NCBI GenBank assembly: GCA_030526985.1
Contig: JAUNBT010000001.1
Span: 2,838-66,837, forward strand
DNA from: Lachnospiraceae bacterium
Lineage (GTDB): Bacteria; Bacillota; Clostridia; Lachnospirales; Lachnospiraceae
Direction of reading: 5' to 3'
Length of the DNA: 64,000 bases
The notes under the pieces are model-generated. The model searched no databases, had not been told where the DNA came from, and saw only the letters and a program-made list of their open reading frames with translations. The first letter of the stretch is position 1. Every line of letters begins with the position of its first letter. The position numbers and the translations under genes are program-made. Shown here piece after piece: positions 30,984 to 39,706 of this stretch.

Positions 30984-31577
30984 TCAGCTTTTCATTCTCA
31001 TAAAACCTGACATCATGGCACCGCCGGCGGCACCCATTTTCATAACAATGCGAAGATTATCTTCCTGAATTCCGCCAAGAGCATAGACCGGAATTGTCAC
31101 ACTTTTACAGACCTGCTGTAAGAATGTTAATCCTCTTCCCGGAAGACCCTTTTTGCAATCCGTGGCAAACACATGACCTGCTGTTACATAGGAGACAGAA
31201 AGCTGCTGTGCTTCTAAAGCTTCCGTTACAGAATGAACGGAGGCACCGATTTTTAAGGTTTTCATCCAGCCGTCTCGATCAAAAAGCGTGAGCTTTCGAA
31301 GCTGTTCCATCGGAAGATGTACTCCTTTTGTTCCGATGTTTTTTGCTGCATTGATATAAGTATGTGCATATAAGGGCACCTGCCCTTTGCAAATGTCTGC
31401 ACATTTTCCGAGCATCTCTTCGTATTCCTTTTCAGGCAGATCCTTTTCCCTTAAAATAATCAGACGGGGCTTTTTTTCCACGACCCTCTTTATCTGATCA
31501 TAGAAATCCCCCTCCACCAAATGGCGGTTGGTAATGCAAATAAAATCGGAATATAGATTCTTTTTTTCTTCTGTCAT
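30984..31577 (-). CDS. thiE: Thiamine-phosphate synthase
   Basis: 197 aa. LREKDL, GVHL, GASVHS and ALGGI motifs. It is the last gene of the thi operon. Confidence 0.8.
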   Translation of the reverse strand: MTEEKKNLYSDFICITNRHLVEGDFYDQIKRVVEKKPRLIILREKDLPEKEYEEMLGKCADICKGQVPLYAHTYINAAKNIGTKGVHLPMEQLRKLTLFDRDGWMKTLKIGASVHSVTEALEAQQLSVSYVTAGHVFATDCKKGLPGRGLTFLQQVCKSVTIPVYALGGIQEDNLRIVMKMGAAGGAMMSGFMRMKS

Positions 31578-31583
31578 ATTGAT

Positions 31584-32738
31584 TTACACCCTGATATAAT
31601 TTGTATAAACCGGCTGCATTCCCTGGGCTAAAATAGCCTGATGGACTTCTTCCACGTTTCTTGGGTCTGAGATTTCGAACTGTTCATCTCCCTTTTTCTC
31701 CTCATCATGGCCGCCTACACTCACTTTCACACCGGCTGATATTTTGGTCGCACATAGGTTAATGACGTTATCACGGAAACCGGAACGCTCTCTTGTAGAA
31801 ATTGTAATTCCGGCATAAGGCATCAACAGGCGGTAAGATAACATAACTTGTAAAAGCTGGGTTTCATGGACGTCCTTCGGATTTTCCTCTGCATTGTTAA
31901 TGTAAGGCCGAAGTCTCGGCACAGAAAAAGAAATCTCCGCATGGGGATATGCCTGCTGAACAAAATAAGCGTGCAGTCCCACCGCATAGGCATCTTTTCT
32001 AAAATCAGAAAGTCCTAAAAGAGCTCCAAAACCAGCTCCTCTCATTCCACCCTTAAGGGCTCTTTCCTGGGCATTAAAACGATACGGAAATACTCTTTTA
32101 TGTCCGGACAAATGTACCTCTTCGTATTTTTTTGTATTATAAGTTTCCTGATATACACTGACAAAGTCTGCCCCACACTGTCTTAAGTAGGCATACTCAT
32201 CCGTGTTAAGGGGATATATCTCAATTCCAATTGTAGTAAAATACTTCGTTGCCAATTTTACCGCATCGCCGATATAAGGCACATCGGACATATGTCTGGA
32301 TTCCCCTGTGAGAAGAAGAATTTCCTGAAGTCCGGTTGCGGCAATATTTTTATACTCTTTTTCAATTTCTTCCATGGTAAGCTTCGCCCGATGGATTTTG
32401 TTCTTACAGTTATATCCACAATAGACACAATTGTTTTCACAGTAATTCGCGATGTAAAGAGGAGTAAAAAGACAGACTGCATTTCCAAAATTTCTCCTCG
32501 TCTCATATTGTCCCCGCACAGCCATCTGTTCTAAGTAGGGAAGTGCGGCCGGAGATAATAAGGCACCATAATCAGAAAGTGAGATTTCCTCCTGAGACAG
32601 AGCGTGCTCCACATCCTTTGCCGTGTAACTGTCATAATCATATTCTTCCATCAGGGCGAGAACCCGGTCCATAATCCTGGTATCCGTCTTCTCCATTCCT
32701 TCCATATACGTCATACAATCTGGTGTTGTCAAATTCAT
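31584..32738 (-). CDS. thiH: 2-iminoacetate synthase (radical SAM)
   Basis: 384 aa. CENNCVYCGY (CX3CX2C) and a BATS-like C-terminus. It lies next to thiG. Confidence 0.85.
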   Translation of the reverse strand: MNLTTPDCMTYMEGMEKTDTRIMDRVLALMEEYDYDSYTAKDVEHALSQEEISLSDYGALLSPAALPYLEQMAVRGQYETRRNFGNAVCLFTPLYIANYCENNCVYCGYNCKNKIHRAKLTMEEIEKEYKNIAATGLQEILLLTGESRHMSDVPYIGDAVKLATKYFTTIGIEIYPLNTDEYAYLRQCGADFVSVYQETYNTKKYEEVHLSGHKRVFPYRFNAQERALKGGMRGAGFGALLGLSDFRKDAYAVGLHAYFVQQAYPHAEISFSVPRLRPYINNAEENPKDVHETQLLQVMLSYRLLMPYAGITISTRERSGFRDNVINLCATKISAGVKVSVGGHDEEKKGDEQFEISDPRNVEEVHQAILAQGMQPVYTNYIRV

Positions 32739-32750
32739 CCTGCTCTCCTC

Positions 32751-33518
32751 CTAGTCCCTTAAAAATCCAGTCAGTGGGCTGGAAGCCTCTGCCTTGTGCT
32801 CTAAAATTCTTCCAAGGCCGGCAAGATAAGCAGCTCTTCCAGCTTCGATTGCTAATTTAAATGCCGTTGCCATCAGTGGAATATCTTTTGCCGTTGCCAC
32901 TGCAGTATTTGCCATAACTGCATCTACACCGATTTCCATTGCCTCGCATGCCTGAGACGGGCGGCCAATTCCAGCATCCACTACGATTGGAAGATCAATT
33001 TCTTCTACCAGAATTTTAATAAAATCTTTTGTGAGAAGCCCTTTGTTGGTTCCAATCGGTGCACCTAACGGCATGATGGCTGCGGCGCCTGCATTATAGA
33101 GGTCTCTTGCCACATTTAAATCCGGATACATATAAGGCATGACAATAAATCCCTCTTTTGCCATCAGTTCTGTCGCTTTAATCGTTTCATAGTTATCCGG
33201 AAGCAGATATTTGCTGTCTCTGATTACTTCCACTTTCACAAAGTCTCCACAGCCAAGCTCTCTTGAAAGTCTGGCAATCCGCAATGCTTCTTCGGCATTT
33301 CTTGCACCGGAAGTGTTAGGAAGCAGCGTGATTCCCTCCGGCATATAATCCAAAATATTTTCTTCTTTTCCAGAATTTGCCCGGCGCAGTGCTAAAGTTG
33401 CCATCTCCACACCGCCATTTTTAATTACTGCATCCGTCATTTCCAAAGAAAATTTTCCGGATCCTAAAATAAATCTGGACTGAAATTCATGTCCTCCAAT
33501 GATTAATTTGTCTTCCAT
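32751..33518 (-). CDS. thiG: Thiazole synthase
   Basis: [39 protein letters not shown] and VDAGIG motifs. The ATG at 33518 is preferred, because the ORF-track N-extension overlaps thiF. It ends in TAG. Confidence 0.9.
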   Translation of the reverse strand: MEDKLIIGGHEFQSRFILGSGKFSLEMTDAVIKNGGVEMATLALRRANSGKEENILDYMPEGITLLPNTSGARNAEEALRIARLSRELGCGDFVKVEVIRDSKYLLPDNYETIKATELMAKEGFIVMPYMYPDLNVARDLYNAGAAAIMPLGAPIGTNKGLLTKDFIKILVEEIDLPIVVDAGIGRPSQACEAMEIGVDAVMANTAVATAKDIPLMATAFKLAIEAGRAAYLAGLGRILEHKAEASSPLTGFLRD

Positions 33519-33547
33519 TTTTGTAATCTCCTTTTTGTTTTTTATAT

Positions 33548-34165
33548 CTATGCTTCTTCCATCAAGAGGCGGATCACCTGATTCGCCTGGTGGGCTGCGC
33601 ACAACGTCACTCTCGGAGCCAGCATGCCCTCCACCTTTTCAAAATCACTTTTTTCATCTCCGCAAAGGTAGAGCCGGCTCATCTTCTTTACGGTTCGTAT
33701 TTCATTTGCATCGCCGTATCCGGCCATCCCAGAACCGGAAATAATTTTTGTTCCGGGACATTTAGTTAAAATCCCATTAATCAGCCCTGCTTTTTGATCG
33801 GCTGCATCAAGTGCCTCGCAGACAATCTGACAGTCTTTAAATAGGATATGACAATTTTCCTCTGTTATTTTTTCCCGGCTCAAAGTAAGCGTAATCCCAG
33901 GATTTATTTTCTTTAAGTTTGTGGCAAGGGCCTCTACCTTATCCAAACCAATCTGGTCTAAGGTATACTGCTGTCGGTTCAGATTACTCTCCTCTACCTT
34001 ATCAAAATCCACCAGCACAAGAGACGAAATTCCGGTCCTTGCAAGCATAACAGCGATGTTGGATCCAAGCCCTCCGGCTCCGGCAATTCCAACCCTGCTT
34101 TTTTGCAGCCGATCATATACCTTGTCGGGCACTCTGGCAAACATTTCTCCTTTTTCGGCTCCCAT
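33548..34165 (-). CDS. thiF: Sulfur-carrier protein ThiS adenylyltransferase
   Basis: [11 protein letters not shown] Rossmann motif of the E1-like fold, and its position between thiS and thiG. The ATG at 34165 follows GGAGG. It ends in TAG. Confidence 0.8.
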   Translation of the reverse strand: MGAEKGEMFARVPDKVYDRLQKSRVGIAGAGGLGSNIAVMLARTGISSLVLVDFDKVEESNLNRQQYTLDQIGLDKVEALATNLKKINPGITLTLSREKITEENCHILFKDCQIVCEALDAADQKAGLINGILTKCPGTKIISGSGMAGYGDANEIRTVKKMSRLYLCGDEKSDFEKVEGMLAPRVTLCAAHQANQVIRLLMEEA

Positions 34166-34166
34166 A

Positions 34167-34361
34167 TCAGCCTCCCCCCACAAAGCTTACAATCTCCAAC
34201 TCATCTGCTTCACTTAAAAATGCACTGTCATATTCGGCCTTTGGAATAATCTCTCCGTTTTTTTCCACTGCAACCCGCAGCCGGTTATATCCTTGTTCTT
34301 CCAACAGACCGCCAACTGTCATCCTTTTGGTAAGCTCCATATAAGTTCCGTTGACCTTCAT
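34167..34361 (-). CDS. thiS: Sulfur-carrier protein ThiS
   Basis: 64 aa ending ...VSFVGGG, the ThiS/MoaD C-terminal GG. A GGAGGTG RBS is present. Confidence 0.85.
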   Translation of the reverse strand: MKVNGTYMELTKRMTVGGLLEEQGYNRLRVAVEKNGEIIPKAEYDSAFLSEADELEIVSFVGGG

Positions 34362-34399
34362 GATTTCGTCACCTCCAATTCAAAAATAATTCCCTATAT

Positions 34400-34462
34400 A
34401 GAAAAAAGGACATAAAATGAAACCCACACCCGAGGTGGTGTGCCCCATTTTATGTCCTTTAG
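34400..34462 (-). promoter_or_regulatory. Candidate thiS-motif (HMP-PP) riboswitch: a terminator-embedded hairpin in the thiS leader
   Basis: Minus strand: AAGGACAUAAAAUG-GGG-CACACC-ACCUCG-GGUGUG-GGUUUC-CAUUUUAUGUCCUU followed by UUUUUU. It sits about 40 nt upstream of the thiS ATG. The roughly 100-nt leader has no room for a TPP aptamer. Confidence 0.45.
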
Positions 34463-34471
34463 ACGTTTTTT

Positions 34472-34499
34472 ATTGTAACACAACAAAGAAAAATGTCAA
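34472..34499 (-). promoter_or_regulatory. SigA-type promoter of the thi operon
   Basis: Minus strand reads TTGACA-16 nt-TACAAT. Confidence 0.6.
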
Positions 34500-34540
34500 T
34501 ACTGTTTCTAAATTAATACAAACCGGAGGGCTTTGCCAGC

Positions 34541-34650
34541 AAATAAGAAAGAATCCCGCTTTGCGGGATTCTCCGCCTGCGGCGGGTCGCATAAGCGACA
34601 TCTTCCCTTCCGCCGCAGTGCGATCCTGCCCGGAGGGCTTCCCCGACAAA
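34541..34650 (-). ncRNA. GC-rich structured element of unknown class, ending in an intrinsic terminator
   Basis: Minus strand carries a 9-bp stem CUGCGGCGG/CCGCCGCAG enclosing GUCGC-UUAU-GCGAC. Next comes the perfect hairpin AGAAUCCCGC-AAA-GCGGGAUUCU followed by UUCUUAUUU. It is far more GC-rich than its surroundings. Confidence 0.3.
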
Positions 34651-34769
34651 TAAAAAACTACCATCATACTGTCCATTCCCCCCAGAATGCTGGCGACAGT
34701 ATAACGATAGTTCCGTCTTTTGTTTTTGTCAAACAAAACGATTAAAGTCTTTGCTACTTTTTAATCAGT
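34651..34769 (-). ncRNA. Candidate ~120-nt small RNA or leader (consensus promoter to strong terminator)
   Basis: It begins about 7 nt downstream of a perfect TTGACA-17-TATAAT promoter. It has two AU-rich hairpins. A 17-bp stem ACUAUCGUUAUACUGUC/GACAGUAUGAUGGUAGU then follows, with UUUUUU after it. Confidence 0.35.
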
Positions 34770-34775
34770 GTGTTA

Positions 34776-34804
34776 ATTATACAGTTTTGTAATCATTTTG
34801 TCAA
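34776..34804 (-). promoter_or_regulatory. Consensus SigA promoter (TTGACA-17-TATAAT)
   Basis: Plus strand has ATTATA at 34776-34781 and TGTCAA at 34799-34804, with an exact 17-nt spacer. Confidence 0.65.
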
Positions 34805-34832
34805 GCCTTTTATTGCATATTTCACAATTATC

Positions 34833-35049
34833 GTAACAGGTCAGCCTTCGGCTGACCTCAAGAATTTTGATGCAGAACATATTGGCGACAATGAATAAGG
34901 TTGAAAATTTCCTATGGGCAAAAAACAAGCTTTTTATCTCCCTTTAGAAAAATGAATGCCAAAATGAAGTTTTCAGCAGTAAATTATGGGATTTAACAAC
35001 AAAATTAGATAAATTTTAAAGTCCAGTATTCCTATTGCCCAACCGATGG
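34833..35049 (+). repeat. Copy A of a ~215-bp repeat (inverted partner at 63754-63971)
   Basis: By-eye alignment to the reverse complement of 63754-63971 shows identical runs GGCGACAATGAATAAGGTTGA and TTAGAAAAATGAATGCCAAAA (21 nt each). Many shorter identical blocks are also present. Confidence 0.8.
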
Positions 35050-35123
35050 AATAAAGATGTCATATATCCCCTCATAGAAAGCCTGCCCCTCACCAAAAGA
35101 TATAGTCTCCCTTTCTTTTCTGT

Positions 35124-35564
35124 TTATTTTCTTTTTTTTGTGAGCATAAACCACTTTTGCGGAATGGACAAAGCCACAATAATTCCCATTACGATTGCCA
35201 TTGCAACTTTCAGCGTTTCTACGCCCTGATAGATTGCCTGAGACAATTCATCCGTCATCAAATAGTAGATTACATAGTAAATCTGGACACCCGGAACCAG
35301 AGGAAACAGTCCAGCGATGGCAAATATAATAACCGGGCACTGCCGTCTCACTGCCAAGATCCGGGCAGCAATCCCTACAATCAAGGCAGCACCAAAACAG
35401 GAAAAAAGCGGGTAGGAAAAACGTTGCAGCACCAGATAGCACATCCAGCCCAGTGTACCGGTAAGACCGGCCCACAAAAAATGCTTTTTGGGTGTATTAT
35501 AAAGAATGGAAAAACCCACTGTCCCGCCAAATGCAGCAACCATCTGAAATAAGATTCTGCTCAT
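35124..35564 (-). CDS. Threonine/serine exporter family protein (ThrE_2, small subunit)
   Basis: 146 aa with 4-5 TM segments. It overlaps the upstream ThrE gene by 4 nt. Confidence 0.65.
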   Translation of the reverse strand: MSRILFQMVAAFGGTVGFSILYNTPKKHFLWAGLTGTLGWMCYLVLQRFSYPLFSCFGAALIVGIAARILAVRRQCPVIIFAIAGLFPLVPGVQIYYVIYYLMTDELSQAIYQGVETLKVAMAIVMGIIVALSIPQKWFMLTKKRK

Positions 35565-36385
35565 AAGAGTCCTCCTAACCGGTTGGCGAATTCAATCACT
35601 ACACCAGAGCCGATTGCCATACAGGTTGTCGCCACTGCCACATCCAAAAGGCGTACCATCCCGGATAAAAAATTATTGTCTGATAAATCTCGGATTCCAT
35701 TGACAAAGGACACACCGGGAATCAACGGAATCAGAGTTCCAATAATCATCTTATCTACACTGTCTCCAAATCCAATGGAATGGAACACAATACAAAGACT
35801 GCAAGCGATTGCACTTCCAAGTACATTGCAAAGAGTCCGTTTCATCCCCCATTTTCGAAAATACACAACTAAAATCCACATTAAAAAGCCAGCCAGAAAG
35901 GAAAACAGCGAATCTCTTGGACTTCCATCTAAAAGATAACAAAAACAGATTGCACCTAATCCCGCCCCAAAAGCATGCACAAACACAGGATAGGAAGGCA
36001 TCCGTTTTACCAGTTTCATTCTCTCATAGGCATCCTCTACTGTATAATGTCCGCTGACTAACTGGCGGGAAATCTCGTTCACTTCATCAATTTTCCCAAA
36101 GTGAGGGGATGCCGCCTGAATTTCTTTGATTCTGGAATTTAATCTCCGATCATCAATATCTGCCGAAGCAAACAGACCGCTGGTCAGTACGTAAATATCA
36201 AAATTTTCAAGCTGAAATGCCCTGGCAATTCTTCGCATCGTATCCTCCACGCGGACGATTTCTGCACCACTCTCCAGAAGAATCTCCCCGGCAAGAATGG
36301 CCGTCTCGAAGACTTTTGTTTTAAAAATCTGACTGGTTTCCACCTGTGCTTTCTGCTCCATTGCAGTTATCCTCCTATGAATCAT
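35561..36385 (-). CDS. Threonine/serine exporter family protein (ThrE domain)
   Basis: 274 aa. The N-terminal region ...LLESGAEIVRVEDTMRRIA... is typical of ThrE/DUF1212. The C-terminus is TM-rich. Confidence 0.65.
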   Translation of the reverse strand: MIHRRITAMEQKAQVETSQIFKTKVFETAILAGEILLESGAEIVRVEDTMRRIARAFQLENFDIYVLTSGLFASADIDDRRLNSRIKEIQAASPHFGKIDEVNEISRQLVSGHYTVEDAYERMKLVKRMPSYPVFVHAFGAGLGAICFCYLLDGSPRDSLFSFLAGFLMWILVVYFRKWGMKRTLCNVLGSAIACSLCIVFHSIGFGDSVDKMIIGTLIPLIPGVSFVNGIRDLSDNNFLSGMVRLLDVAVATTCMAIGSGVVIEFANRLGGLL

Positions 36386-36446
36386 TGTGGTTTCATCTTA
36401 TCATAACTGATTCATTTGTAAAGCACAAAAATAAAAACTTTCCGGC

Positions 36447-36839
36447 TCAGTCAAACAGGGCATTCATCCAGTCGAAAGAACAAATTACTTTGTCAATACC
36501 CCTCTGACAAAAAAATTCTTTTTTCCCTATATCATCGATTACAGCGATCGTCTGTTTCACCCCATATTTTTCTTTGCACATTTTACAGATTACAAAGTTA
36601 TCTTCCTCTTTTTGTCTCATCGCAATCACTGTATCTATCGTATCAACCATCGCTGCTTCTAATATCTTCGCCTTGCTTCCATCCCCCCAGACAACATGGA
36701 CTCTTTCCTCTTCTGCTAATCTTTCACATTCTTCTCTGTCCGGATTGATTACTGTCACCTGGTATCCTTGTTGAAGAAAGGTCTCTCCCAAAATCCGGCT
36801 TTTTTTCAAATCTCCAATCAGTAAAATATGATTTCCCAT
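36447..36839 (-). CDS. TrkA-N (NAD-binding) domain protein
   Basis: MGNHILLIGDLKKSRILGETFLQQGYQVTVIN is a Rossmann-type RCK N-domain. The ATG at 36839 is preferred over the ORF-track start. Confidence 0.6.
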   Translation of the reverse strand: MGNHILLIGDLKKSRILGETFLQQGYQVTVINPDREECERLAEEERVHVVWGDGSKAKILEAAMVDTIDTVIAMRQKEEDNFVICKMCKEKYGVKQTIAVIDDIGKKEFFCQRGIDKVICSFDWMNALFD

Positions 36840-36840
36840 T

Positions 36841-37278
36841 TTACAGCCCCCATTCTTCAAAACGATTTTTTTCTTCCTCTGAAATCTTAATCGGACAAAA
36901 CAACTCGATTCCACTTTGTTTTAAAAGAGACTGCTTATCCTCATCATCAACCCGGCTTACTATGTTGGGAAGCTGATACTTATATTGAACCAATTCAGCT
37001 GTAAATAGATTCACATTATCCCGGTCTGTCACTGCCACAAAAAGGTCTGCCTCCTTTATTCCCGCTTTTTCCAACACGAAAAAATCCCCCGCATCACCGG
37101 TCACTCTTTCTCCGCCGTAATCAGAAGAAAGCTTTTGAAAGGCCTCTTTTCTTGTATCAATCACTGTGACATGATGGTTTTTCCTGTAAAAATACATGGC
37201 AAGCTCTGCTCCCGTTCTTCCGCAGCCTGCAATCACAATATTCTTTATCCTTTTTCCAAATAATTTCATATTTAACAC
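36841..37278 (-). CDS. TrkA-N (NAD-binding) domain protein
   Basis: IVIAGCGRTGAELAMYFYRKNHHVTVIDT is a Rossmann-type RCK N-domain. 145 aa. GGGAGGTG RBS. Confidence 0.65.
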   Translation of the reverse strand: MLNMKLFGKRIKNIVIAGCGRTGAELAMYFYRKNHHVTVIDTRKEAFQKLSSDYGGERVTGDAGDFFVLEKAGIKEADLFVAVTDRDNVNLFTAELVQYKYQLPNIVSRVDDEDKQSLLKQSGIELFCPIKISEEEKNRFEEWGL

Positions 37279-37320
37279 CTCCCGAAGGATTCTTTCCTAC
37301 TTATAGTATAAGAAAATTCC

Positions 37321-37369
37321 TGTGAGACGTGTGTGAGAAAAGCTCCATCGGTGTGAGAATTCTGTGAGA
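37321..37369 (-). promoter_or_regulatory. Four phased TGTGAGA direct repeats (candidate OmpR-family response-regulator operator)
   Basis: TGTGAGA occurs at 37321, 37332, 37352 and 37363 (spacings 11, 20, 11). The repeats lie between the response-regulator stop and the trkA-N start, abutting a TATACT -10 element on the minus strand. Confidence 0.45.
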
Positions 37370-37381
37370 AAAACTGTTCTG

Positions 37382-38080
37382 TTATTTTTCCAGCATCCGG
37401 TATCCGATTCCAATCTCCGTCAAAAAATATTCCGGTTTTGCCGGATTATCCTCAATCTTTCTTCGAAGACCTGCCATCAAAGCCCTCAGTGCCTGGGTAT
37501 CTGATCCATAATTTTTGCCGTACAGCTTTTTAAGGATAAATCCGTAGGTTAATACTTTCCCCAGATTCTCCATAAATAATAACAAAAGATCATATTCTTT
37601 CCGGGTTACATGAAGTTCTTCTCCTTTTTTATAGACCAGATGTTTTTCCAAATCCATTTTTAAATCCTTATTTTCAAGAAAAACAGGAGCCGGCTCCCGA
37701 TTCATTTTATTGGAATGGCGAACTGCCACCCGGATTCTTGCTAAAAGCTCCGCAGCAGAAAAAGGTTTGGTCAGATAATCATCCGCACCGGCATCTAATG
37801 CATTTACCTTTTCCTGATCCTGATCCCTTGCTGAAACGATGATAATCGGCATTTCTGACCACTTTCTCACCTCTTTTAACAGTTCCATTCCATCCATATC
37901 CGGAAGCCCCAGATCTAAAAGGAGCAAGTCAATCTGATCGGAAAGAATCTTCTTCATCGCCGTCTCTGCGTCAGGGGCCTCCTCTGCCTTAAATCCTTCC
38001 AGCTCCAGCGCATAACGGATAAAACTACTGATTTGAACATCATCTTCTATAATTAATATTGTTTCATGATACATTGTCAT
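37382..38080 (-). CDS. OmpR-family response regulator (KdpE-like)
   Basis: Receiver domain (ILIIEDD..., DLLLLDLGLPDMDG) plus a winged-helix output domain (...LTRKEYDLLLLFMEN...GIGYRM). Confidence 0.85.
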   Translation of the reverse strand: MTMYHETILIIEDDVQISSFIRYALELEGFKAEEAPDAETAMKKILSDQIDLLLLDLGLPDMDGMELLKEVRKWSEMPIIIVSARDQDQEKVNALDAGADDYLTKPFSAAELLARIRVAVRHSNKMNREPAPVFLENKDLKMDLEKHLVYKKGEELHVTRKEYDLLLLFMENLGKVLTYGFILKKLYGKNYGSDTQALRALMAGLRRKIEDNPAKPEYFLTEIGIGYRMLEK

Positions 38081-38089
38081 TTCCTCGCT

Positions 38090-39586
38090 TCATTGTCTTA
38101 AAGGAAGGGTAAAACAAAAAACAGCCCCTTTTCCGTCTGTCCGGTTTTCTCCGGTAATCGTCCCTCCATGGGCTTTGATTACGGTTTCACAGATTACAAG
38201 ACCAAGACCGATTCCCAGTCTGGCATCTGCCGGACGCTCCATGGAAGTGTAAAAGGTCTGGAAAATATGATCTAAATCTGCTTTTGCAATTCCCTCTCCC
38301 CGGTCCATAACACTGACTTCTATCTCATCATTTGACCTCTTTTTGGCTCTGACACAGATTTCTTCCCCTTTCTTTGTATGCTTTACCGCATTCTCCAAAA
38401 GATTTACGATTACCTGTTCAATCAGACGTCCATCCACTAAGACTTCGATATATTCTTCCGGAATTTCTACTGCAATCTCATAGCCGGGGCTTCCTTTTTC
38501 CACCCGTCTGACTGCGGCTGCAATCAGATCTTCGATTGCTTCCGGAGATTTTCGAAGTTCCAATTTTCCCTCCTGAAGTCTGGTAAGCCCTAATATATTT
38601 TCCACAAGTGAATGGAGCCAGGATGCATCCTGATAAATGTCCATCGCCATTTTCTTTCTCGGATCCTCCTTTTTTGAGATTCCCATAATCATCTCAGAAC
38701 TTCCCATAATCCCCATCAGTGGTGTTCGAAGGTCGTGGGAAATTGACCGGAGCAGATTTGCCCGATAGCGTTCCTGCTCCATCAATTCTTTATTCCGGTA
38801 CCGTTCCTCAGAAGAGTGAATTCTCTCCATGGTAATACTGATATTTTCAATCATGGAAGAAAGAAATTTTTTCTCATGTTCCTCAAACAATTCCGCTGTT
38901 TTCATTGGAACACGAAGAATTCCCATCAGCCCTTCCCTCCCATGAATCGACCATTCCATCGTCTCGCCTTCGATTTCATACCCATTTTTACAACGTCTCA
39001 TCTTCTCTAAAAATGCTTTCGATAAGGAGATTTCTTCATGGAGTATTTTCCCGTCTGTTTTTTCCAGATAGTGAAAGACCGATTTTTCTCTTTTTATATC
39101 ATAAATACAGCCTGCTTTACAGTCAAAAAACCGACTGACTGCCTCTACAGCCACAATTCCTGCCTCTTTTAATGTGTCTGCATGAGAAAGGTGATTCGTA
39201 AGCTGATACAGCATTTTTACCTCTTTTTCTCTCTCCTCCGCCTGCCTGGCATGGAGCTTGTCCTTGGATGTAAGTGCACTGGTAAGCACCGCAACTAACA
39301 TCATAACGCCAAAGGTAATAATGTAACTGGTATTATCGACTTTAAAGGTAAAATAAGGCTCTGTAAAGAAAAAATTAAAGGCAAACATAGAGGCACCGGA
39401 AGCAGCAATTCCCCAAAAATATCCATCCGTAAATCGGGCCGTCAAAAGTACTGCCACAATATATAAAAGCACAATATTGGTCTCTGGAAAATCCGCTAGC
39501 CGGAATAAATATCCACAAAGAGTCATTGTGCCAAGGGACATTGCCATCACAGCTGCCGGAAACAGCCTTTTCTCCTTTAAATCCAT
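38090..39586 (-). CDS. Sensor histidine kinase (resembles the KdpD C-terminal half: DUF4118 membrane domain, HisKA, HATPase)
   Basis: H-box SISHDLRTPL, N-box LLENAVKHT and G-boxes DRGEGI / GIGLGL. The N-terminal KdpD sensor/Usp domains are absent. Confidence 0.8.
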   Translation of the reverse strand: MDLKEKRLFPAAVMAMSLGTMTLCGYLFRLADFPETNIVLLYIVAVLLTARFTDGYFWGIAASGASMFAFNFFFTEPYFTFKVDNTSYIITFGVMMLVAVLTSALTSKDKLHARQAEEREKEVKMLYQLTNHLSHADTLKEAGIVAVEAVSRFFDCKAGCIYDIKREKSVFHYLEKTDGKILHEEISLSKAFLEKMRRCKNGYEIEGETMEWSIHGREGLMGILRVPMKTAELFEEHEKKFLSSMIENISITMERIHSSEERYRNKELMEQERYRANLLRSISHDLRTPLMGIMGSSEMIMGISKKEDPRKKMAMDIYQDASWLHSLVENILGLTRLQEGKLELRKSPEAIEDLIAAAVRRVEKGSPGYEIAVEIPEEYIEVLVDGRLIEQVIVNLLENAVKHTKKGEEICVRAKKRSNDEIEVSVMDRGEGIAKADLDHIFQTFYTSMERPADARLGIGLGLVICETVIKAHGGTITGENRTDGKGAVFCFTLPLRQ

Positions 39587-39706
39587 CTTTCCATCCTCCT
39601 TGTACCCACTATGGATTTATTATAACATGAAAAGACAGGAAAATCCCGTTTTTGGAATTCTTCCTGTCTTGTTTTTTATTCTCTCTATTATTTTACATAT
39701 CTTAAT

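Noticed and set aside
34565-34576. 12-nt identity (GGGATTCTCCGC) between this site and the 3' end of pylT (54933-54944), considered as a possible tRNA-derived att-site duplication
   Set aside because: The two copies are in inverted orientation relative to each other, not direct. The match does not extend further. The site here is simply one arm of a terminator hairpin. It is most likely chance.
34535-34650. GC-rich element as SRP RNA, cobalamin riboswitch or c-di-GMP-I riboswitch
   Set aside because: Only fragments resemble these classes. CGGAAGGGAAG is close to the SRP helix-8 GGAAGGAAG. CACUGC...GGGAAG resembles part of a cobalamin aptamer. GCAAAGCCCUCCGG is close to the GEMM-I ACGCAAAGCCUCCGG. 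In each case the closing base pairs, the partner motifs (GNRA-closed helix, B12 box, GGCAAACC...GAAA) or the motif order are missing.
34470-34736. 88-aa minus-strand ORF across the structured intergenic region
   Set aside because: It runs through three terminator hairpins and the thi promoter. It has no usable RBS, and the translation is Gly/Ala/Pro-rich in the GC segment. It looks like an artefact of RNA structure.
34362-34800. Expected a canonical TPP (thi-box) riboswitch upstream of thiS
   Set aside because: Neither strand contains the invariant CUGAGA core, nor the ACCUGAUCUGGAUAAUGCCAGCG-like P4/P5 segment. CCAGAATGCTGGCG at about 34682-34695 gives only a superficial P5-like hairpin, and it is on the wrong strand.
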